This document shows, piece by piece, positions 42,901 to 61,800 of a stretch of DNA of 64,000 nucleotides. A program made the position numbers and the translations under genes. Each line of letters begins with the position of its first letter. Position 1 is the first letter of the stretch. This DNA comes from Balanoglossus misakiensis (taxonomy: Eukaryota; Animalia; Hemichordata), in assembly GCA_040954595.2 (NCBI GenBank), contig CM082595.2, positions 1,738,635-1,802,634 of the forward strand. Direction: 5' to 3'. The notes beneath the pieces were generated by a model. That model saw only the letters and a list, made by a program, of their open reading frames with translations. It had not been told where the DNA came from and made no database searches.

Positions 42901-45900
42901 CAGAAGTGTCATTTTAAGGTATGTCTATTTTTGTTAGTTTATGAAATTTATCAAGAAGATAGGTGAAGGGGAGGTGACGGTAGAAAATAATCAAGTTGTT
43001 GCGAAAGAGACAGTTGGACCTGCAGGAATATGGTCTGAAGAATTTGCACAACAGCAGGTGAGGTCCATACACATGATGTAACACAGTTTCTCATTGGTCA
43101 GAATGCTATGTCAAAGGTTGCTATTGGTTAATGTCGTTTATTAAATTATGTCAGGTGTGTTCATTGGTGGGATAATCATTCATTTAAGTGTTCATTTACA
43201 TTCATGATAGCAATAATTCATCTCAACAATGTGTGACTATTATAATATTGAATACTCTTTTACCCAGGAAAAGATCTATAAACCGAGTTATGTTATTTTA
43301 CAGGGAGCTGAAGGATGGGCAGAAGAATTTACAGCACAAGCAACTGGCGATCCGAAAGTCGATGGAGATTTCTGGGAAACGTTGCAGAAGCAATGGGAAG
43401 GTCTAGCACAGGAAGAAGGCCATCCATGGCTGAGTGATTATGAGAAAACATTAGAGGTAGGACCTAAGGTGAGATGCGTAGCTAGCTGCTGCAGGGGTCA
43501 AAGGTCACTCGATGCAGTCATTATATGACGCTTTATTACAAAGGTCAAAGGTGAGATACTGAAACATTAAAACAAAGTGTTAAAAGTGCATGTTTTATAA
43601 AGTAGCATATATTAAATAAAAAAGATAGAATAACAGTTTTTAAGTTCAAAGTAAGTGATAATGATATTAAAAGTTAGATAAATGTAGACAAAATCTGGTA
43701 GTTGTTAAGATATTGGGTCAAAGGTCGTGCCACCTAAGGGTCAAATTTCATATGCTATATGCTGTAGGATTAAAGGGATCTTAATGATGTAGGGTTGGGG
43801 GTGAAAGGGTTAAACACTTTATCACTCTGATAACTGCCCGATATCTGACTTCTTTATTCAGACATATCAATTTGACAGTGATAATCCATTACTGGATCAT
43901 CCTAATTCATTTGAAGAAGGATTACAGAGATTAGAAGAAGGAGATTTAGTAAATGCAGTATTATTATTTGAGGCGGCAGTGCAAGCTGATCCTAAACATG
44001 CCAAGGTAAAGTATGTCTACTGCATTTTCTTGTTCAAATTTCTGAAATACTACCTTGTGTACAGATAGTGAAGTTAAGATTTTTCTGTATTTCCTACAGG
44101 CATGGCAGTATCTGGGCACAAGTCAAGCTGAAAATGAACAAGAAATGGCTGCCATTGCAGCTTTAAAAAAGTAAGTCAAAAACAGAAGCCGAGAGTGTCT
44201 GTAACAGAAAAAGGATCCATCTATTTATAATTGTCAATCAGTCCAAGTGTTGTGTCATATACACTGACACACTGTATCTTATATGATATACACCATTAAC
44301 ATTCATATTGATATACAACCATCTAATTTGTTCTATTTATTGTTACATTGTTACCAGATCATTAGAATTAGAACCAGACAACTTGACATCACTGATGGCA
44401 TTGGCTGTGAGTTACACCAACGAATCTATGCAACAACAAGCCTGTGAAATTCTCAAGAGGTGGCTTCAGTCGAATCCAAAATATCAAAACATCAAGTCAG
44501 ATTCCCCGACTTCAAGTACAATTGACTTCCATCCAACTTCATTTTTATCTAGGTAAGCAGTTTAATGTGAAAGACAAAATGCAGTTGAAGTAGAAAATGG
44601 CAAGTAGTATAATGCATGAGATTGAAGGCGTAGTGACATAGCAGTACGAACTTAGTAAATACAAAGAATCTAAAAAGTTTGCTTAAGAATTGTATATAAT
44701 AATTATAAAATTACAACTTGGGTCAAAGGTTATTCTCATTGACTCTGTGCAGAATGTAGTGGGGTTCTCTTTGCTAGTTCAATTATACAACAGAATGATT
44801 GCTTTTTATGGATTTCTTTTACAGCTATGATAAACGACTTCAAGTTGTTAGCAGGTACAGCAGAATTAACACAGCTTGGATTATTGTGACTATGCCTAGG
44901 CTGTGATACATTGCCTGTTTTTCATGCACACTTCCAAATGGAGTCACTAAATAATGCTCATGTGCAACAATGCTTCTAGCATCATTTCAATATGAACATG
45001 ACACCAGTTTCTTGGTTTGCTATCTACAGTAAAAGTTATTGCAGCTTGATTTGGTTAGTTTTTGGCACATTGAGATAATGAAGATTGATTGGTTGGAACA
45101 AGTCATGTGATGTTGAATTGTAGATTGATTGATTGGTTGGAACAGGTCATGTGATGTTGAATTGTATAAAAACAAAAGAAGTGATTTGGCTTGTGTTTTA
45201 AAAGTAGTACCGGTAGTTTTCCAATACTGCTTTGCAAAAGGTCCAAGCTGTGGTAATTTTTGCTGTATTTGGTAAATGGATTTTCATATCATCTCCTGTA
45301 GTTCATTTGGATATTCCACTAAAAGTTTGTGTCCAAGCATGTGTTTTAGATGTCATCGATTTATGACCTAATCATAAATATTATCTCTATTAAATATGAA
45401 AACATTTATAAGTCATCCGGTTTCATAAAATTTGTCGTGTAAGTTTCTTTTGGTATTATACATGATGTGATTCATTTAGTTAGCTGATATGGTAATGTGT
45501 CACAGCCATCTAACTGTTCATTCCAGCCATATTTAACCGCACCCCTTTCTTCCTTTGTGATATCTGTCTCTGGAAACTCTAATCACGGTTGACCTTTGTG
45601 CACTCCACCATTCTGACATTTATCTCAAAGAGCTTTCCATCACATAGTTGTTCTCTGTCGGATTTTCCAATTTGAAAGCACAGCACTGAACTGTGGTTGT
45701 GAATTTGCGGAGGTAGTGATTACAATGGGAGATTCTGGAAGACTCACATTAATTAAATGGTGTTATATATTATTTCCCCTACAGTGAATTGTTCAATGAA
45801 GTCAACCAGATGTTCATAGCAGCAGCACGCCAATCGCCAGATGTTGTCGATCCTGATGTCCAGTGTTGTTTAGGAGTCTTGTTTAACTTGTCAGGAGAAT

Positions 45901-46608
45901 ATGACAAGGCTGTGGATTGCTTCAATACTGCTCTCAGTGTCAGGCCGGAGGTAAATTTCAATTCTGCCCTCTGTGTTGGATTGCTTCAATTCCACCCTCA
46001 GTTTTAAATTCAGGCTTTGGCCATGATACAATGTTTTCAAGCGTTCTTATTCTTTGTCTTTCGTTATTTAGGATTCTCTGTTGTGGAATAAGCTGGGGGC
46101 GACGTTAGCCAATGGAGATCGGAGTGAAGAGGCAGTCAATGCGTATCGCCATGCATTAGATCTTAGACCTGGATTTATTCGAGTTCGATATAATCTGGGT
46201 ATTAGTTGCATTAACCTGGGAACACACAGGTTAGTTACTTAGTCTTATTTCTGAATGCACAGAACCTTTTCCTAGCAACTATTGATTGAATATATCCTGT
46301 TAATGTTTTGGGGTTTTGCCACAACTTTCTAGTCATCCTATCCTGAACAGACATACTTTCAGTGTTTGTTATAAACAATGGACTATTCCATTTTGTTTTT
46401 CAGGGAAGCAGTTGAACATTTCTTGACAGCCCTGAACATGCAGCATGGAGCTAAAGGCCCATATGGAGAAAAGTCAATCACATCAGAGAACATCTGGTCG
46501 ACAATGAGAATGGCAATTTCATTACTAGGAAGAAATGATCTTTATGATGCGGCCGATAGGAAGGATATAAATGCACTGAATCGGGAATTTAATATTAACA
46601 TAAAATGA
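39958..46608 (+). CDS. PEX5: Peroxisomal targeting signal 1 receptor, multi-exon; one exon is present twice
   Basis: [20 protein letters not shown]; multiple WxxxF/Y motifs (WASEF, WTQDF, WAAEY, WTEEF, WVDEF, WSEEF, WAEEF); TPR region [68 protein letters not shown]. Confidence 0.97.
41262..41774 (+). repeat. 513-bp direct repeat, copy 1 (contains PEX5 exon 41487-41606)
   Basis: Reads identical by eye to 42713-43225, from CTGATTAGTATATTG to AATAATTCATCTCA. Confidence 0.95.
41775..42712 (+). mobile_element. 5'-truncated non-LTR retrotransposon (C-terminal part of the RT ORF with a CCHC knuckle; probably RTE/RTE-X-like)
   Basis: Uninterrupted frame [13 protein letters not shown]...[10 protein letters not shown]...IRYWIKLL...KLRTY...[14 protein letters not shown]...[22 protein letters not shown]; stop at 42666, then a short 3' end. 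The clade call is from motif recollection. Confidence 0.88.
42713..43225 (+). repeat. 513-bp direct repeat, copy 2 (contains PEX5 exon copy 42938-43057)
   Basis: Partner of 41262-41774. Confidence 0.95.
44856..45267. mobile_element. Old MITE-like element in a PEX5 intron (TA|CAG...CTG|TA ends, Tc1/mariner-like)
   Basis: Imperfect ~25-bp TIRs, TACAGCAGAATTAACACAGCTTGGA and TCCAAGCTGTGGTAATTTTTGCTGTA; internal ~40-bp tandem duplication at ~45083-45166. Confidence 0.55.
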
Positions 46609-47210
46609 CAGAAGACGACGTCGGCAGTTCATCCGACTCAGAAAATTTATCGAAGTTTAATCTGTGTCCAAAAGAATGACTACCCAAATGACTTTTGAAA
46701 TCAGCCAATGAACACTTCGCAACATGGTGTATCGTGTGATGATTATTGGACCAGATTTGATGTCATAATGACATGTTATTTGTACTAAAGGGGGAGTTAC
46801 TTGATCATTCAATGAAGAGTAAATCCAGCTTATGAACATGTGATGCAATGACATTACCCACTTGTACTAAATTGATCATTGAACAAATGCATTATAAGAT
46901 GACATTTTGCTTACTAACGTTTAGTCACTATATTGACTGGAAATCATGCATATGATAATGGTATGCCCATGATGGTGAATTGACAAATGATTCCAATGAA
47001 CTTATTTCAGGATGAAAGTGTCTTTTAATAACTGATGTTGACATTATCAAATACATATGCTGAAAATAAATGATCACTCGCAGTAATAACATTCACCCAA
47101 ACATTATCTCCATTTATTGAATATGTATGTACAAACATCGTCACCATGAGAAGTGTTGAATAATCTGCGCTTAAAACTAACATAAAACAAACAATACAAT
47201 AGTACAAAAT

Positions 47211-48522
47211 TTAATCAATCTCGGCATCTGGAAATTTTCTTCTCAGATATTCCTTTGCTTTACGGATTTTCATCTGGCGTCTTCTCTCTCGATTCGCTTC
47301 AATTTCTTTTCGCATTTGTATAAATTTGACCGTCATGGGATAGTAGAAATGCCGCTGTGTCTGAACCTGCAAATAAAGACAGGAAGTCAGTGGTGACGAC
47401 CAGAAATTGAGCATGATTCACTGAACAGAACATGAATCTATCAGAAGATGCTAACATAAAGTTAGTGACTTTGCCCCTTAACCCTTTCACCCCCAGTCCC
47501 CTCGATAAGTTTCTTACCTTTCTGTTCATGTGATACGGAACTGGCCATTCTCGCAGTTTTCTTGTAATTTTCTCACCAAATATGTTATAAGAAGTTCTAG
47601 TTGGGATCTCTTCTTTGTTTCCTGTTCTCAATTCTCTCACTGCATCGTTTCTTTCTTTGACCACTTCCATCAATCGATCCATGGATGTTTCCACCTAGGA
47701 AGAAACATACCATACTATGGTAGTAAATTACATGTACTGGTACATCCAAACAATAAACTAAATGCAGCAATGGTTAAATGCTCCCAACAAGGTCACTTTG
47801 ACATATCTTACCTTTTCTAATCTTTCAGGACTTGGCATATACGTTTCCTTCTTCTTTGCTTCTAATTTCATTGTTAAAAGCATATTTTTTTCTTTGAGAA
47901 GCACATACCTAGAAAACATAGAGTGATACAATATTATAACAAGAAATTAAAATCTAAATTTGTAAGAAAAATGTTGTTTGTGATGACAGTACTGATATAA
48001 GATCTTGTAATTACCATAATTTATGTAAATCTGTGTTGTCTTTGATTCTAAGTTCATCCAGTTCCCACGCACGCCCTGACTTCACCTCAACTTCACCCCA
48101 GTTTTTTTTGTCATCAAAAAATTCTTCCAGTCCATAGCAAGCTGTCGTTGTGTGTAGTTTTTGATATTGATGCACGTGATACTGTGATGGATATGAACGA
48201 CTCTTGTCAAATCTGTAAACAGAAGAGAAAAGAAATATCACATGAAATGGTGAGTACACAGGGCTAGTACTAGTAGTAGGAGGGGACACTCCAGTCCCCT
48301 CTACATGCTCTAGCTCCATGCTCTTATTATCAAAGGTGTTTCCGAACTAACTGAAAACGTCTGTGATGGTCAAACTTACCCAGAACATCTGAATACAAAT
48401 GGGCGTTTCACTTCTGTTTTCTGACAGCACCTTATTGTCCGTGATAACGCAGAAAATGCCCTACAGAGGTTAATTGTGTTCAATTTCAGTGTTGTTACCC
48501 TCATTCCGATGGACGCCGCCAT
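47211..48522 (-). CDS. MRPL47: Mitochondrial ribosomal protein L47 (uL29m), 5 coding exons
   Basis: [52 protein letters not shown]...[33 protein letters not shown]; ATG at 48522 (MAASIG). Confidence 0.95.
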
Positions 48523-48721
48523 GTTTGAATTACAAAGCCTGACGGGAAATAAGGTCAGAGGTCACTATCACACGCTGAAAGGTTCTTTTACAGAAAAATC
48601 GAGGTTCTTACGTTTTACAGCCTACAGAGTCAAAACAACTCAATGTTCTAGCTTACAAAGTCTTATTTTTAGTTAATGCGATGATAATTTCTCATTAAAA
48701 ATTAACAGTTATCTTAATTAG

Positions 48722-49047
48722 CACAATGAGGAAATTGAAAATTGCATACAACAACGCTGCTCGTATCCTATTGGGATATGAAAGACGAAGTAGATCGAGC
48801 TCTATGTTTGTGACGAACAGAATCGATACATTCGATGCCCTGCATAGAAGGCAAATTTTTAGTCTTAAACAAAGACTCTTGAACTGCCAAAATGTCATTG
48901 TGCGGCAAGTGCATGATATATTGTATTTTAATTCTGAAACTTTGAGCATTTGGAATAAGCTTCTTTTTGTCATTTAGATATGTAATCTATTTTTTCCCCT
49001 TTCAACTAATCCTACTGTAATATGGACCATGAGTCCGAAATAAAGTT

Positions 49048-49106
<59 letters not shown>
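48722..49106 (+). mobile_element. 3' terminal fragment of a LINE (CR1/L2-group-like) with an (AAT)n tail
   Basis: ORF end LKIAYNNAARILLGYERRSRSSSMFVTNRIDTFDAL; 3' UTR ending GGACCATGAGTCCGAAATAAAGTTT followed by ~19 AAT units. Confidence 0.75.
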
Positions 49107-50211
49107 GGCCGTGTCTATTGACACGCGCGTGTCAATAGCCAGTGCATGTCGGGCCGGCTATTGACACGCGCGTGTCAATAGCCAGTGCATAGGGGGCCGG
49201 CTATTGACACGCGGGGACTTTAATATTCTCAAATTATTGCCGATTTTTGAAAACCAAAGCACATTTCACATAGTCCATTAAATGATTCGTCTTTTCTTCC
49301 CCGAAAATCAGATGAAACGAAGTGCAAAATTCCGAAAGTCAAAGCGTAATGTCATAGTTCTTCTACCCGTTCTACGCGTGTACGCCTGCCGATTCCAAGC
49401 TTATCTCCTGACCGTGACACGACTTTTATAAAGCAATGCACATTTTCCGTCGGAGGACTTATCTTTTCCGCCGAAAATGTAGATGAAAGGAAGTGCAAAT
49501 TTCTGAAATATTTCTGAGCATCGCTACGATTGTTTTACTGTTCATGCACTACGGTCGCTGCACACAGAGGGACACACTCACCGCGACGCTGACCTCAACA
49601 GCGCGGACATACTGTAAAATATTTCGTTTGAATTGAGAGATTTTTTTCATGATGAACAAATTCATTGCTTGTTGGGAAATACGTTACAACTTGAACCGTG
49701 GTGTGACAACTTACTTAGTCCCCAAATGCATGCCTTGCAGGGTCCAGTGCAATGACGTGTATTACCGAAATTAACATTTTCATGCCATAGCACTAGCAGT
49801 CAGATTTTTCCTGGTTGAAGCAACGAAAATGACGTATTACCCAGTGCAGTCTGACATACTTCGAAATACATGTACTTGGATTTTCTTTATTTTACACCTC
49901 GCAACGGAGGATACGGAATGTGCATTGCTTTATAAAAGTCGTGTCATGGTCAGGAGATAAGCTTAGAATCGGCAGGCGTACACGCGTAGAACGGGTAGAA
50001 GAACTATGACATTACGCTTTGACTTTCGGAATTTTGCACTTCGTTTCATCTGATTTTCGGGGAAGAAAAGACGAATCATTTAATGGACTATGTGAAATGT
50101 GCTTTGGTTTTCAAAAATCGGCAATAATTTGAGAATATTAAAGTCCCCGCGTGTCAATAGCCGGCCCCCTATGCACTGGCTATTGACACGCGCGTGTCAA
50201 TAGACACTCCG
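49107..50211 (+). mobile_element. Non-autonomous foldback/MULE-like element, copy 1 (1105 bp, ~300-bp TIRs)
   Basis: Arms ~49107-49444 and ~49917-50211 are reverse complements; repeated 24-bp palindrome CTATTGACACGCGCGTGTCAATAG; no ORF; 9-bp TSDs are recoverable only together with copy 2. Confidence 0.92.
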
Positions 50212-50400
50212 TTATACTATTACTATACACGTGCATTCGATGGTCGACACGCCCACTGGGTCGCAACTAAATTCCAACCTAAGAATTTAGTGTAAATTCA
50301 TCCAGCTATAATGCACATGTATATCTAGGTGCACTTATGTATTTTCCATGTAAATAATACAATCTATTTGGCGTGAAACGTGTACAAAACTTCACCTTAC

Positions 50401-50413
50401 CTTCCTCCATCAT
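50401..50413 (-). CDS. CDA: Putative displaced first coding exon of cytidine deaminase (ATG ATG GAG GAA G|GTAAGG)
   Basis: Strong phase-1 donor. Joined to the phase-1 exon at 58819 it reads MMEEAKIKELVKLSHEAKAKAYSPYS. It lies inside the inverted segment, 190 bp from element copy 1. Confidence 0.75.
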
Positions 50414-51246
50414 TTGAACCCTGACCTACTTACACTTGTCAGGAATGGACTGTAGATGGCGCTATAGTCACCCGTGAATGGTGACCTTTGGTGACCTTTT
50501 TTTGTAAAAAAAGATACTGTTGCTTAAAAAGTAATTAAACTGAACTAGTAATGACGACGTGAGAATGTTGTCTGTAGTAATGAAATTATATTTAATAAGG
50601 CAAAAGCTAAATGTAGTTAATTTACACACTGTAGCTAAGCTAATGGCCCAGTTATGTTATCATTAGATACAATGGATTACATGATGATTCTGCATGACAA
50701 TCATGGACAATTGTGTTTTGGGAAGTTGTGCAGTCAAACAATAAACCTTCTACTCCATTTCAGAAAATGTTAAATACCCATAAAGTTCATGTACTAGTAG
50801 CAAATTTTCCACACATCTTCAGCTTGGCCAGCCAAACCACAGAATGTTTTGGTTAATGAATTATGATTATGATATGCTGAGAAATAAACAGGGATTGATA
50901 GCAAATGCTAGAATTGCCTATATCAATATAAGATATCATATCATATTTTCGTAAAATCTGATGCAATAGACCTATCAATTACAACATTACATATTTTATT
51001 CGACTCTTAAAATATCCCTGCCAGGTTGTTCAATAAATAAAAATGACATCATAATGTCAGGCATGATCTTCTTGATGATGATGATGATGATGATGATGGT
51101 GGTGGGGGTGATGAACGTCATCTTCATTTACATATTGTTCTGTCTTAGACAAAACAAACTATGAAAATATATATTGACTGCAAAATTCAGTCAACAGTAT
51201 AATCTACAGCAGGATCAATATGCAAGAAAAGAATCAACCTATGTTT

Positions 51247-56235
<4,989 letters not shown>

Positions 56236-56858
56236 TTTTGCAGAGAGGAGGTAGAATGTTACACCTAAAGCAATTATCCCTGGTTATACCTGTGCAGGAC
56301 CAATCCCTATTTCAATACCTGCTTCATACAATACAAGCCTTGTTCTCTGCTGTCGGTGGTGTTGCATTTACATGCAGTACAAGTACTTTGGGTTCGTTTG
56401 AACTTTGACCCACGCTTCTAATACCCAGTGAATCAAAACAGCCTTTGTTCCGTGTAAACGAGGCATCTGTCACTGAGGATACAAAAGGCGTTGTATTTTA
56501 TGGCTTCCAGACAGAAGAACAAACGAAAACAAAAAAGGATATGCCCTCAATATTGCCGTTACCAAACGTATACCTGTGCACACGACTTCGTGTCAGGGTA
56601 GTAGGAGTTCAGGGTCAAGGCACAGTGGTCAAGGGCGTGAGTACTTGACTGATATAAAAGTATAAGATTTATACAGTACATAGTGACCTTGTTTTCTTGA
56701 TAAGTGTAAAATAACCTCGATTTTTCGGTAAGAACCTCGGCTATGCATGAACATGAAAAAGAGACTTATACGAAACTTTTAAGAAAGTTATGAGAAACTT
56801 TATATAAGAAACTTGATGTTATCGGAGTGAATGGGCCTAATTATTATTATTATTATTA

Positions 56859-57963
56859 CGGAGTGTCTATTGACACGCGCGTGTCAATAGCCAGTGCATA
56901 GGGGGCCGGCTATTGACACGCGGGGACTTTAATATTCTCAAATTATTGCCGATTTTTGAAAACCAAAGCACATTTCACATAGTCCATTAAATGATTCGTC
57001 TTTTCTTCCCCGAAAATCAGATGAAACGAAGTGCAAAATTCCGAAAGTCAAAGCGTAATGTCATAGTTCTTCTACCCGTTCTACGCGTGTACGCCTGCCG
57101 ATTCTAAGCTTATCTCCTGACCATGACACGACTTTTATAAAGCAATGCACATTCCGTATCCTCCGTTGCGAGGTGTAAAATAAAGAAAATCCAAGTACAT
57201 GTATTTCGAAGTATGTCAGACTGCACTGGGTAATACGTCATTTTCGTTGCTTCAACCAGGAAAAATCTGACTGCTAGTGCTATGGCATGAAAATGTTAAT
57301 TTCGGTAATACACGTCATTGCACTGGACCCTGCAAGGCATGCATTTGGGGACTAAGTAAGTTGTCACACCACGGTTCAAGTTGTAACGTATTTCCCAACA
57401 AGCAATGAATTTGTTCATCATGAAAAAAATCTCTCAATTCAAACGAAATATTTTACAGTATGTCCGCGCTGTTGAGGTCAGCGTCGCGGTGAGTGTGTCC
57501 CTCTGTGTGCAGCGACCGTAGTGCATGAACAGTAAAACAATCGTAGCGATGCTCAGAAATATTTCAGAAATTTGCACTTCCTTTCATCTACATTTTCGGC
57601 GGAAAAGATAAGTCCTCCGACGGAAAATGTGCATTGCTTTATAAAAGTCGTGTCACGGTCAGGAGATAAGCTTGGAATCGGCAGGCGTACACGCGTAGAA
57701 CGGGTAGAAGAACTATGACATTACGCTTTGACTTTCGGAATTTTGCACTTCGTTTCATCTGATTTTCGGGGAAGAAAAGACGAATCATTTAATGGACTAT
57801 GTGAAATGTGCTTTGGTTTTCAAAAATCGGCAATAATTTGAGAATATTAAAGTCCCCGCGTGTCAATAGCCGGCCCCCTATGCACTGGCTATTGACACGC
57901 GCGTGTCAATAGCCGGCCCGACATGCACTGGCTATTGACACGCGCGTGTCAATAGACACGGCC
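56859..57963 (-). mobile_element. Non-autonomous foldback/MULE-like element, copy 2 (1105 bp, inverted relative to copy 1)
   Basis: Reverse complement of 49107-50211, with the same length and the same arm-specific variants at the positions I checked. Confidence 0.92.
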
Positions 57964-58818
57964 ATAGTATAATGTACGTGGCACTGCGCGCAGTTGGCAG
58001 TGTGTTATCGCAGCTTATATGTGCGAGAAATTGCTTAATTTCATGGCTTGGTCATTAAAATAATTAGTGTGTAGTCTAGTTCAGTCTTTGTCATGTAATT
58101 TCCGATGTTTGGGGTCTTTAAAATAGTTTCGCTTTGATGTTTATTTTCGGTTTAAACTGTCGCGTAGCAATGGCGGTCATCAATCATATTCGTGGCAAAT
58201 AAAAACAAACAAACAAACACTTGATGCAGAGCTCTGTCGGAGAGTGTCATCAGTCTAATAAAGTCGCGGATACACTGAGAGACAATCATAGTACATGTAG
58301 TTTGTGTTCAAAACGATTTATGTTTCCAAACTGATAATAGAAGAGGTATTATCCGATAACCGCTGTGTAGGTCGAGTACCTTATCACCCTCATGACTTGT
58401 CAAAAATGACCCCGACCACACCTAGTCTATTTCTGTGTGTTTGATCATAGTAACGTGAAATAGGTGAGGTTGTATGAACACAAGATACATATTAAGCTCC
58501 CGGGGGGGGGGGGTATATGGCACAATTAAAATAATTAGCTGTGCGATCATATCCGAAGTCAATCTGATTATACAATAATCAGCTGTAGAGATAAAGGTCT
58601 TGTCTTAATACCTTGTTCGTGTTCTCGATTTGGTGTTACCACCTGTCTCGAGAACTGGCAACAATAGACAGCAGGAGAAAAGTCAAAGATCATATCTTTA
58701 CATCTGATATTAAAGCTTCTATGATAGGTGCCAAATGGCACTTTTTTTCAAATCATAATTGTTGTCTTGAAAATCATTCCTAATAATAAAGGGGTGTCTG
58801 ATTTTCAATTTCTTGTAG

Positions 58819-60338
<1,520 letters not shown>

Positions 60339-61800
60339 ATGATGCATGAACCAGCTCAGTGTGGTCGCTCATGCTTGTATAATAGTTGTTAAAGGGCAAC
60401 AATCGTTTTATGCTCATGTGCCAAATCAGAGACTCTGGTTACAAAAATTGTATACAGTCAATGTTGGAGATCAGATTGGGTGAAAAGAAGGGACAAAACT
60501 AGTCTACTTATACGGTGCGCATGAAATATGGATGGAAGTGAAGGCAGTCCACTATTTGAATGTGTCGAACACAAAATGTGCAGAACATTTGGATTGGACG
60601 TATTTTTGTACACATAAAATCATGCACATGCACATAAGACTATCATCAGCCTTTAAATACAACTGCTTTGCCTACCGCTCCTGTATATTAAGAAACAAAA
60701 GAGCTTGCTTAATATTAGATAGATTGTGAAACTCCTTACTGCTCCAAGAGTTTGGTGTGTGGTGCTTCTGTTGAAGATTTATGTCTCAGACCATTTAAAC
60801 AAATTATGGAAATATCAGTACTATTGATAAAAATTAAAATTAACGCAGTAAACATAATGCATTGTAAAATGCATGTTTTTAAATACATCGTTTAAAAATC
60901 TTCAAAACCACGATAAAAATCATGGAAAATGAGGAGATTAGAGGTAGAGATCTAACCGTTATACTTTAATTGATTTGTTCACTGAAGGAAAAATTGTTTG
61001 GTCTTCCTACTTAACTCCAGGCTGAGAGATCATATTCTCTGTCCTGAGTGTATGAATCTGAAATATTTTCAGAATCAGAGATTTAACATTGTGGATTATG
61101 TTATCTATGTAAGATATGGCTTTGTCTGAAATGTTTATTTTTTAAATCAAAATCTGATTCTATAACTCTAAGTTAAAATAGCATAGTTATAATTTGGGTG
61201 AGACTTGTTTTTTTTTTTAATGTAAATCTGTCTAACATAAATAAAGTGAACCTTTAATTCAAGAAACACACGTGACAATGTTTATTGGTTTTGTAATCCT
61301 TTTTATTACCATAATCACTAACAAGATATTGCATCTAGTTGCAAAGAACAGCGCCCTATTGCACTGTATCAATCAGAGTCTTGTTGAATGGACATAAAGA
61401 TAAAACAAGACAAATCAAAAATTGAACTAAAATAGTACCCTATATGAACATAACAGTAGACCAGAGTTTTAATGGATTAATAGTGATACAAATGATCGGT
61501 ATCCTGTATAGGCAAAATTTTTACAGATACTGGTATTTCTAAAAATAAATACATTTCATAAAGGCCATCAGACTATCTCCCATAAAATTGATACAATGAT
61601 TGATGGAAGGTACAATACTGTCACTATCATTAGAGGAAGAACATGCCATTGTCCATAGATCACCATCTGCCTGGGCACAGTAGCAGTACCGAGTTCTATC
61701 ACACTTTTCCATGGGCACCGTTGTCTTCCAAATATGGTAAAGTCACTGCCAAATATGGAAGTCTAATTTCTGACGAATCCAAAATGTAGCAGTTTCCCAG

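Noticed and set aside
45914-46005. Degenerate repeat of GGATTGCTTCAAT..CTCAGT across a PEX5 exon/intron boundary
   Set aside because: Short local duplication with no new splice site or evident coding effect.
48715-48721. TAATTAG as a LINE target-site duplication whose partner lies inverted at 56837-56843
   Set aside because: Consistent with the inversion, but only 7 AT-rich bases overlapping the (AAT)n tail; too weak to count as evidence.
58464-58520. Donor-like sites (AG|GTGAGG at 58464, GG|GTATAT at 58513) as the CDA first exon
   Set aside because: The first has in-frame stops immediately upstream; the second is phase 0, whereas exon 2 needs phase 1.
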